Shown here piece by piece: positions 47,131-55,829 of a DNA stretch of 64,000 nucleotides. The notes under the pieces are model-generated. The model saw nothing but the letters and a program-made list of their open reading frames with translations. It ran no database searches and was not told where the DNA came from. Made by a program: the position numbers and the translations under genes. Source of the stretch: Pachysolen tannophilus NRRL Y-2460. Taxonomy: Eukaryota. The stretch is taken from positions 1,652,041 through 1,716,040 of the forward strand of contig KV454011.1 of NCBI GenBank assembly GCA_001661245.1, written 5' to 3'. Numbering within the stretch: position 1 is the first letter of the stretch; each line of letters opens with the position of its first letter.

Positions 47131-47618
47131 TTAATTTTTGTTTTTTTTTTTATTTTTTTTGACTGGTTTCTTTTCTTTTACTTTTTGCTTGTTAACTTTT
47201 TTTTTTCTTTTTTAAATTTTTTTTGTATTTGTTCTCTCTTTAAAAAGAAAAGACAGTTTGATTATATTATTATTATCGAATTCATCATCAACTGTCAAAA
47301 CATATATCTAAATGCCGTCGTCGTATAAGAATCTAGCAGAGGTATTTCAAGGAGGTGCTACTACTTCGCAACACGTTGAAGCTAAAGATGATGATCATTT
47401 TGAGAATACTACTTTTAGATTGAAAAGAACTAGATCCTTGGGTTTGTTGGATGATTTCATTGCACCTACCCAAAAATTGATTGATGAAGATTTTGTTTCT
47501 GATGAGACTGTGAAGAAGATAAATAAATCTGTTTCTGATCTGAATTTAACCGCCCTGCAACCCAATGATGGGAATAATGATAATGTTAATAATTATACTC
47601 CAATTTTGATCAATGAAA
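47124..47618. other. Inverted 495-bp segment carrying the REG1 5' leader and first 102 codons
   Basis: Re-inverting it fuses the two REG1 parts in frame and regenerates a 9-bp inverted repeat ATTTTCATT/AATGAAAAT at the ends. Confidence 0.85.
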
Positions 47619-47629
47619 TAAAACGATGA
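47312..47629 (+). CDS. REG1: Detached N-terminal fragment of Reg1 (105-aa ORF, opposite strand)
   Basis: VEAKDDDHFENTTFRLKRTRSLGLLDDFIAPTQKLI matches the recalled S. cerevisiae Reg1 N-terminal block VQAKNDDDFHKSTFNLKRTRSMGLLDEYIDPTKKLL. Confidence 0.85.
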   Translation: MPSSYKNLAEVFQGGATTSQHVEAKDDDHFENTTFRLKRTRSLGLLDDFIAPTQKLIDEDFVSDETVKKINKSVSDLNLTALQPNDGNNDNVNNYTPILINEIKR

Positions 47630-48349
47630 TAAATATAAAAATGGTATAACTAATTAACAAATAAAAATAAAAATAAAAACAACTTTATATTTAATTATAA
47701 TAACTTACTTTACTCTTTAACTCACTCACTTATTTTATTTTTTTCTTGATAAATGTTATTATTACTTTATTCTGCCTTTTAGTTTAGGTTAAAAGATAAT
47801 TTAATGGACTTTGGTCGTGGTGTACACGACCCGTTTTATGTATGTAATTTTTGTTGAAGTTTCTCCGCCTTACGCCTTACCAGCCTCCAGAAAATTATTA
47901 TTATTGCTCGATACGGATACACACAGAGAAAGAAAGAGAGAGAGAGAGTAGAAAGAGAGAAAGAAAGAAATATTAGATATCAGATTTTCGAATTAAATTT
48001 ACGACTAACTCAAAGATTTGTTAATGAATTTTTTTCTTATTTTTATTTATTGAAGGAAAACCCCATGTAGGGAAACAAAACAACAAGAATTAATATTATT
48101 TTACCGTTACGTTTAGCAGAAACAGTAGCACATGTGGTTTAGGTTCTTGTTACTTTTATTTATTATTTGTTCCATTCTATATATAGAGAAAAGTAAAATA
48201 GTTTTTCCGGAGTTAAATTCTCTTCGCGCGCGCGCGGATTTACTTTAAAATTTCTTTTTCAATTTTTTTCATTTTAGTTTATTTTATTTTTTTTGTCCAA
48301 GTATACTATACTATACTTACTTACTTGGAAGTGAAAAAAAATATCTGGT

Positions 48350-50557
48350 TTATTCTTCTGCGGATCCATCTGATTCTTCTTCTGCTTCTGCTAACCATTC
48401 TATCCATTTGCTTGCGACTTTTCTTGTATTTTCGTCCTTGCCGGCGTAGCCCTCTTGATTCCACCATTTTAAGATATTGACTTCATCTAGGATGTCATTA
48501 TCGTATAAATCATTTAAAGCTAATGTAAATATGGTGGGTCCATTATTATTTGGTAATTTGGAACATAATGATTCCAAAATATTTAACAAGTCGACTTGTT
48601 CTTCATCTTCAAATACTTGTCTTTTAAATAATTGCCCCCATTTACCAAAAATCTTGTGTACCGAATCCTTTACACCTAAAGTTTGAGTATTAATAAAATG
48701 TTCAATCCTTTGTAATAATGCAGTGCAAGTAGCAAGTCTGACATCATGATAAGTTACATTCATTGACATTCTTAAAGTATTTAATTCTAGTAAAGCGGTA
48801 TCCAAATCATGGTTATTTTCCATTGCTCTTTCCACTGTGGCAATTGCTTCCTTATTGAAGTCTTCCTCATCATCTTCTTCACCATCTGTATTATTATTAT
48901 AATCATGTTCTGCATCAGTTGCTGTAGCATGACTTGCAGAAGAATATGTTCTTCTCTTTTTGCGGCGATTAGGCATCGATGAAACAATTGAAGTATCTGA
49001 AAGATATAATTCATCCAATTTATAAACAAGACCATGATAATGCTTAGAAGAAGAAGAAACCTCATCATCATCGTAATCTCCATATTCGGATTCAGAATCA
49101 TACAGAAACCCAATACCATTTTCACCAACAATAGCAGGATCATTAACTGCACCTTCATCAACTTCAACAATATTTTCTTTTTCTTCTGCAGCTCTTTTTG
49201 CTTGAATATCCTGATAAAATTCATCATCACTAGATAATGAATCTCCAATATAAGATGAATCTGAAAGGTGTTTTACAGGTCTTTCAACAATTCTTGTATT
49301 TTCCAGAACAATCACATTATCACCTATTACAACATTGAAACCAATTACAGACCCAGAATTTAATTTTACATTTTGATTTATAACCGAATTAGATGCAACT
49401 ATAGAATGCTCAATCTGACAATTGTCCTTAATAATTGAATTATCCCAAATATATGAATTTTTAATAATAACATTAGTTCCAATTTGACAATTTCTTCCAA
49501 TAACCGAGTTTTCAACTTGACTCAGATCACCAATAAATGAATTGGATCCAATAACAACACATGACCCAATTTTACAAGACTGTGAAAGTCTAATATCCTT
49601 TTCTTTATAAATATGTTTCGATTCATATGTATACGATTGATCTTCTAAAAGATTTGAATCGGGTGCAATTGGATAACACCATCTTTCTAAAATATCCTGA
49701 GAAATTGCATCATATGTTTGCCAACTTTCAACTCTTGCTGCATAGTCTTCATTTGTAATATAAGCATATATTGTTTTTTTTAAAAGGTCAGAAGATAATG
49801 TACCACGTACAAAATCTCTTCTTAAATATTGATAATCAAAATTCTCCTGAAAAATCACAGGAACTAATGGAGAACAAATATCAACATGACAATCAATTAA
49901 ATCGTTTCTAATAACAAATTCATCAACATCTTCCAATAAGTCAGGATCCACTGAAATCGAAGCTTTTAAACCATTAATCGATGGAATATCTTGATAGTAG
50001 AGACATCTATCTGTTTTCTTATCTAATATAAAAGTTGAAGGTACCGATTGAGACCTTGTTCTATGTAAAGGAGATGCCTGGGTTAAAACCATTGTAACTA
50101 TATGGTCCTTATCAATTAAACGCCTTTGTCTATGTGCACTTAAGACTTCATCAAATTGTATATTGGTAACAACATCCCCTGAAACCAATAAGAAGTCTCC
50201 AGTTATTAACCCTCTATTATCTAAATCTCTCATTGCATCTCCAACAGACCTAGATTCTAATGACATTATAGTATTTATTTTAAAAGGTGAGCCGGCTTGA
50301 TTCCATTTTGAACCATCAATATACGTTTGAACCTTATCTGCATGAGAACAACACATCAAATAAACCTCATCAACACCAGCTTTAGCTAAAAACTCCAACG
50401 TATACTCAATCAATGGGACATTACACAAGGGAAGAAGACATCTTGGCTCAACTGAAGTTAAAGGCATAAACTTTGTCTCGTACGAATCAGTTAGCACAAT
50501 AGCCTGAAGTCTCTCATCTTGTACAATCTCTTTCTGCTTCTTGTTTTTGGGCAGCAT
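48350..50557 (-). CDS. GCD6: eIF2B epsilon subunit
   Basis: LQAIVLTDSYETKFMPLT...PRCLLPL, left-handed beta-helix repeats, LELNTLRMSMNV, W2 domain WIEWLAEAEEES. Confidence 0.96.
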   Translation of the reverse strand: MLPKNKKQKEIVQDERLQAIVLTDSYETKFMPLTSVEPRCLLPLCNVPLIEYTLEFLAKAGVDEVYLMCCSHADKVQTYIDGSKWNQAGSPFKINTIMSLESRSVGDAMRDLDNRGLITGDFLLVSGDVVTNIQFDEVLSAHRQRRLIDKDHIVTMVLTQASPLHRTRSQSVPSTFILDKKTDRCLYYQDIPSINGLKASISVDPDLLEDVDEFVIRNDLIDCHVDICSPLVPVIFQENFDYQYLRRDFVRGTLSSDLLKKTIYAYITNEDYAARVESWQTYDAISQDILERWCYPIAPDSNLLEDQSYTYESKHIYKEKDIRLSQSCKIGSCVVIGSNSFIGDLSQVENSVIGRNCQIGTNVIIKNSYIWDNSIIKDNCQIEHSIVASNSVINQNVKLNSGSVIGFNVVIGDNVIVLENTRIVERPVKHLSDSSYIGDSLSSDDEFYQDIQAKRAAEEKENIVEVDEGAVNDPAIVGENGIGFLYDSESEYGDYDDDEVSSSSKHYHGLVYKLDELYLSDTSIVSSMPNRRKKRRTYSSASHATATDAEHDYNNNTDGEEDDEEDFNKEAIATVERAMENNHDLDTALLELNTLRMSMNVTYHDVRLATCTALLQRIEHFINTQTLGVKDSVHKIFGKWGQLFKRQVFEDEEQVDLLNILESLCSKLPNNNGPTIFTLALNDLYDNDILDEVNILKWWNQEGYAGKDENTRKVASKWIEWLAEAEEESDGSAEE

Positions 50558-50820
50558 TACTTATAGAAAATCAATCAAGATCGATTTATGTCTCAGAGGT
50601 ATTTCCTCACTTGAAAGTTTAGTTCAAAAGTATCGTTATCCAATTGATGACGATTTATGTCGTTGTATTTTTTACTTATTTAGTTAGTTTTGGCTCTTAT
50701 AAAAAAGAAGAAAAAAAAATTTTTTTTTCTTTATTTCTTTCACCGCGCTGAAAATGCGCTACAAAATTTATACGCAAATACTACCGCAATTTACATGTTA
50801 TTTCTCTATCTATATAGTTA

Positions 50821-52440
50821 TTAACAATATGTTTCGAATTCTTTAATTGACTTATCCAAGTCAAGTTCAAAATCAAGAAGATCCTCATTGTAGAATTTTG
50901 CCCAGTCATTATCATATAGTTTGTTTAAGTTTGCCATGCATTCATTTTCTCTTGTAAGCATTAACTGATAGTAATCATTCAAGTCTTTAGTTAAGCTATT
51001 ATGCAGGTTTAAATTTTTATTTAATTCAAGTTTTAATTGGAAAAATTTTTCATCTTTCCTATCATCATTGAACTTGATCAAGTTTGTCAACTTGTTTAAG
51101 TTTGTCTGACTGATGCTGTTATTATTCAAATCAGAGAGTTGACTTTTTAAATCGTTTATGATATCATACAAGTTTTCACGTTCTTCACTATCTTCAAATT
51201 CTTGTAAATGTCTTGATTTCCTAATTTCTGTATTATTCAATTTTGCAACATTTGTAATTCTCTTGGTTAAAGTTGCATAACGTAAGCTGCTATAAGTTTC
51301 TTCATAATCTGTAGGAGAAATACAACATATCATACAACTTTTCGAATTTCCTCCAATAGATTCTTTTAGCAACCAAGTTAAAGTGGATTCCCTATAAGGA
51401 ACCATTTGCTTTTTCTGAGAAGTGGCATTTTCTGATAATATAGTCAATATTCTACCTAATGAAGTTAAAGATTTGTTGATATTAGAACCTTCTTTAAGTC
51501 TTAACCCAACATTACCTGTATTACTTGTCCTTTCAGATCCTGCCAAATCGACTAATCGTAAATGTGAAATTTTTTCTTTAATTATTTCATTTATCAAATA
51601 TTCTTTTTGATGTATTTTAATACTGAAAACTGCATGAGATCTTGAAGATCTCGAATTTGATTTCGTGGATGCTGTTTTCCTTTTTGAATTCCCTCTATTT
51701 AAATATTTAAAAATTTCTTTTGTTGAATTAATTTCAATCTCATTTAAATTTTCAACAAATGGTAATCCTTGAAGATTTTCTCTAATTCTTTTCTTTGTTG
51801 TAGTTGAATTATCTAGTAAATCAAATACATCTTCATTATAAATTTCAAAAAAACTGATTGTTATTTTGATAGAAATATTTTGCTCCTGAAGAATCCCAAT
51901 CTCTTTAAATAGGTCACTAGTTATCTTTGGTATTAACCCATCATTATCTCCAAACATTGTATAAGATTTACCTGAACCCGTTTGACCATACGCAAAGATA
52001 CAAGTATTATATCCTTCTAGCGTATGGTTTAAAAACTCCTTCCCACAACAATTGTAAACCGAATCCTGATCAGCATACTCGTTATACCCATTTTCATTAA
52101 ATGACCATAAACAATTATCAAAATAAAATTTCTTAAAATCATTACTACTGATAGGATCCAGGTTCTCATAAGAACTCGGATTTTCATAATAATCTCTGGG
52201 CAAAAGTATAGTGGTACTGTTTTCCATCTTAATAAAGCAGTTCTCATTATTAGTGTTGGTTGACTGTCTAGCTATGAGCGGTCTCACTCTGACAATTACT
52301 CTTATACTATTGTTTGATTTATTATTAACACAGCTATTTCGTATCTTACCAAGTTTCAATGGTGGGACTGAACTACCTGAGTCCAAATTTCCCTCAGATT
52401 TTTCTACCTGAAAACTCATAGAGTCACGAGCCTCCGCCAT
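50821..52440 (-). CDS. Short kinesin-3 family motor (Nkin3/UncB type)
   Basis: FDNCLWSF, GYNTCIFAYGQTGSGKSYTM, SSRSHAVF, LVDLAGSER, YRESTLTWLLKESIGGNSK; short coiled-coil tail, no FHA or PH seen. Confidence 0.8.
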   Translation of the reverse strand: MAEARDSMSFQVEKSEGNLDSGSSVPPLKLGKIRNSCVNNKSNNSIRVIVRVRPLIARQSTNTNNENCFIKMENSTTILLPRDYYENPSSYENLDPISSNDFKKFYFDNCLWSFNENGYNEYADQDSVYNCCGKEFLNHTLEGYNTCIFAYGQTGSGKSYTMFGDNDGLIPKITSDLFKEIGILQEQNISIKITISFFEIYNEDVFDLLDNSTTTKKRIRENLQGLPFVENLNEIEINSTKEIFKYLNRGNSKRKTASTKSNSRSSRSHAVFSIKIHQKEYLINEIIKEKISHLRLVDLAGSERTSNTGNVGLRLKEGSNINKSLTSLGRILTILSENATSQKKQMVPYRESTLTWLLKESIGGNSKSCMICCISPTDYEETYSSLRYATLTKRITNVAKLNNTEIRKSRHLQEFEDSEERENLYDIINDLKSQLSDLNNNSISQTNLNKLTNLIKFNDDRKDEKFFQLKLELNKNLNLHNSLTKDLNDYYQLMLTRENECMANLNKLYDNDWAKFYNEDLLDFELDLDKSIKEFETYC

Positions 52441-52768
52441 ATTGACTCAAGCTGAACAAATTGACCTTTTAATATATTTTGATCTAGGAATCAATATAAT
52501 AATGAATCAATAAAATATAATGTATCTGTCCTTGTTTACCTTTTCGTTTCGTTTCGTTTCTTTTGGATAAGAGAAGAAAAAAATACAGGTCGTGTTTCTA
52601 AATATCAAACACACGAAAACAGAATTTTTGAGCTGGTTTCAACGACCCATCAGGTTTAAGATATGTAAGGAGATGGATTTCGACTATAATAGAAATTCTA
52701 TACGTAATCATCTAAGTTTATAATTGTTAGTCTGATATTAATCATTAATATCAAGTTAATTAGGAATA

Positions 52769-54649
52769 ATGTCTGAAAATTTCCAGGAACAAGAAGAGAA
52801 ATTGAATACTTTTAAGGAAATCACTTCTTATGCGGAAGAGGATCATTCCAAGATATTAAAATTATTAAACGATACAAACTGGAATTTGGAAATTGCAATC
52901 CCACGATATTTTGATGGTAATTTTGAAGAAGAACCGATTGAAATTCCATCATCTAGTGGTAGTGTGAATGGAAGTACGAATGGAAGTGCAAGAAATAGTA
53001 TTAATGGTGGTGGGATAGCGACGGGTGTGGAGATGAATGATACTAATGGGATTTCTGGTTTACGGCAAACTTCTCATAGTTATAGTAATTTAAGTAATAG
53101 TTTTATAGATGATCCATTCAATGATGTATTGCCCAAGTTACCAAAGGCCATTTTAATTCCAAATAATTGGAAATTTAAAGTGGGTTTAGATCGTCATGGG
53201 CAGCAGCTGCAACAACAACACCAACAATATCAAAATCAAGATCAAAAATTCACCATTTTTTCTCCCTTGGTTTTCATCTTGTTATTTATTCCAAGAACTT
53301 TATTATTTTTAACTACAGGAATTGGGCGTTTATTAGATTATGTATTTCCTGGTTTGTTAAATATTTTCAGATTTGAGAAAGGACCAGATGATTTCCCATC
53401 TGAACCATTATATAATGGGAATCAATCATCTTTCCAAGATTTCTATGATGAGATAATAGATTTTAATAAGGAAATGATTGGAGAAAATAAAGAAGAAGAA
53501 CAAGATGAACAGAATCAAGATGCAGGCTCTGATAGTACCAATGGTAGATTAGAGTTTTTCGATGGAGAATTTAATGAAGCATATAATTTTGCAAAAAATA
53601 ATTTTAAATGGTTATTAATAATTTTATGCAATGAATCTTATAAATCACAAAATATGATTAAAAAATATTTAAATAATGAATCGTTTAAGAAATTTATTTC
53701 TGAAAATAATATTATTATATGGGGTGGTGATGTTAGTTATCTGGAACCTTTTGAAGTTGGATCTGTATACAAAGTTAAAAAATTACCTTATATGGGACTT
53801 ATTGCCAATGTTTCAACATATGGAAGAACAATGCCATTAATGTCTATAGTTACCAAGATTACATTTGCTGAAGGTATTGTTGATCTTTCATCAAAGAAAT
53901 TAATTAAGAAATTACAAAAATATATTGATCATTATGAGCCACAATTAATAACTCTTCGTTATGATAAACAAGAACAAGAATTTTCGAGATTAATTAGACA
54001 AGAACAAGATAGTGCTTATCAAAGATCATTGATGAATGATAAATATAAAGAACAAGAGAAACTGAAGAAAAAAGAACAAGAATTATTGAAACAAAAAGAG
54101 GAAGAATTGCAAAAAATAGAAAAATTAAAACAGGATAAGATAAGAGAAATATTTTTAATGGAAAATTGTATTAAATTATTTGGAAATAATAATGAAAATA
54201 ACAATAAGGATTTTTTCCAAAAGGGAAATCATACAACAATTCAATTTAGATTAAATACTGGTGAAAGAATAATATCGAAATTTTCCAAAGATAAAACTTT
54301 GTTTGATGTATATTTATTTGCAGAGTGTAAACTTTTTTTAACCCATAAAAGGCAAAAACTTTCAAGAGATAACGAAGAAGAAGAAGAAGAAGAAGAAAAT
54401 TTTAATTTCATTTTAGATTTTTTCAAAAAATCCATTGAATCCCATAAAAAAGAGATTAACGATATCAATGGTATTAATAATTATAAACATTTTTTCAAAT
54501 TTCAATTGATTCAACCAATGCCCCGCTATCTTTTAGAACCGAACAACAATATTAAAGTTGCCGATGTAAAAGAAATCTGGCCAAATGGAAATCTTTTAAT
54601 TGAGTACGACGTTGAGGACGATGCAGAAGAAGAAGAAGAAGAAGAATAA
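52769..54649 (+). CDS. UBX2: Ubx2 (FAF2-like) Cdc48 adaptor
   Basis: N-terminal UBA-like EKLNTFKEIT...WNLEIAIPRYFDG, hydrophobic hairpin, UAS domain, EQDSAYQRSL coiled coil, C-terminal UBX (IQFRL..G.R, WPNGNLLIE). Confidence 0.87.
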   Translation: MSENFQEQEEKLNTFKEITSYAEEDHSKILKLLNDTNWNLEIAIPRYFDGNFEEEPIEIPSSSGSVNGSTNGSARNSINGGGIATGVEMNDTNGISGLRQTSHSYSNLSNSFIDDPFNDVLPKLPKAILIPNNWKFKVGLDRHGQQLQQQHQQYQNQDQKFTIFSPLVFILLFIPRTLLFLTTGIGRLLDYVFPGLLNIFRFEKGPDDFPSEPLYNGNQSSFQDFYDEIIDFNKEMIGENKEEEQDEQNQDAGSDSTNGRLEFFDGEFNEAYNFAKNNFKWLLIILCNESYKSQNMIKKYLNNESFKKFISENNIIIWGGDVSYLEPFEVGSVYKVKKLPYMGLIANVSTYGRTMPLMSIVTKITFAEGIVDLSSKKLIKKLQKYIDHYEPQLITLRYDKQEQEFSRLIRQEQDSAYQRSLMNDKYKEQEKLKKKEQELLKQKEEELQKIEKLKQDKIREIFLMENCIKLFGNNNENNNKDFFQKGNHTTIQFRLNTGERIISKFSKDKTLFDVYLFAECKLFLTHKRQKLSRDNEEEEEEEENFNFILDFFKKSIESHKKEINDINGINNYKHFFKFQLIQPMPRYLLEPNNNIKVADVKEIWPNGNLLIEYDVEDDAEEEEEEE

Positions 54650-55019
54650 ACGGGAAATTCAGATGAGTTGCAGTTAGTAGTATTGTTGTATATAAGACTA
54701 AATAAAGTTCAAGCATAATTTTAATTTTAATTTTTACTTTCACTTTCACTTTCACTTTTAATTTTTTGCAACAATCCAGATAATGTAAGAATAAAAAAAA
54801 ACATAATAAACCGTTTATCTGAACTGATAAAATTCCCCTCTTCTCCTCTTTTTTAATTTTTATTTTTTATTTTTTATTTTTTAATTTTAATTAACGGACC
54901 TCAATCGGCCCAATCTAATTAAATACCTACAGCCAGCCAGTCTATTTAACTAAAAAAAATACGTTAAGCCTCTGCAGCCTTAAGAAAGAAAGAAACAAAG
55001 AAAAAAAAATAAAGGGCCG

Positions 55020-55106
55020 GGACCAATACAATATAGGACCAATACCATTTAGAACCCATACTATATAGGACCTCCACTAATAAAGACCTAATAAGGACCT
55101 AATTAA
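55020..55106. repeat. Degenerate 16-bp tandem repeat (GGACCAATACWATATA-like) plus shorter units
   Basis: Units start at 55020, 55036, 55052, 55068, 55084 (exact 16-bp period) and 55095. Confidence 0.8.
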
Positions 55107-55670
55107 AACTTCAGCGAAGCCGCAATGAGGTCATATTGGGGCTCTTAGACAAACATTATATACGTTTAATTTTTTTCTAACGCTAAATAAAATTAAAATT
55201 AATTGTTAGTCATAATAATCACCCGTAAAATTTTTTTTTTTGTCCCTTTTGTCATTTTGTCTTCTAGGTTAGGAACGTGGACCATCGGATTATTGCAGAG
55301 GGGCTCGACGGAGGTGCGGAGAAACCTTTTTTAATACAACAGCACGCGCCTTACGTGAACGGGAATACTTTACTATTGTTACAATATATATATTTTGATC
55401 CCCACGTCCGTCCCACACTGGTCTTTAGTTATAAAACCGGGATTTCTGTTTCCGTCCAGTTATTCAAGCTCATGCACGATACAAAACCTTAATGAAAAAG
55501 ATTAGAAAAAAAAAATTTTTTTTTTTCACTGTGGTAGTAATAGCCTGTAATAGCAGTGGAAGAAAAGAAAATTTGTAATTATTGATTTTTCTATTAAAGA
55601 GATGTGTGATACAAAAAAATCATCAAGTGCTTAAGCGCAGAAGTTGACTCAGACTAAGTTTATTTATTTA

Positions 55671-55702
<32 letters not shown>

Positions 55703-55829
55703 TTATATATTTAATTTTTTCTTTTTTTTTTTTTTTTGTTGCACTTTTTGTTGTTGCATTTTTTTTTTTTTTTTTTTGCTGTTGTTAATAGTTGCTGGTT
55801 GATTATAAGAAATAGTATAAATTATTATA

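Noticed and set aside
48225..48236. (CG)6 run between GCD6 and REG1
   Set aside because: Could be an RSC-type CGCG site or Z-forming tract, but it is too short to support a claim.
50645..50751. TGATGA...CTGA pair resembling a C/D snoRNA
   Set aside because: The interior is poly-A/T promoter sequence with no recognisable rRNA guide or terminal stem.
55020..55106. CRISPR-like reading of the periodic GGACC array
   Set aside because: Eukaryotic context, 16-bp period, no unique spacers and no cas genes.
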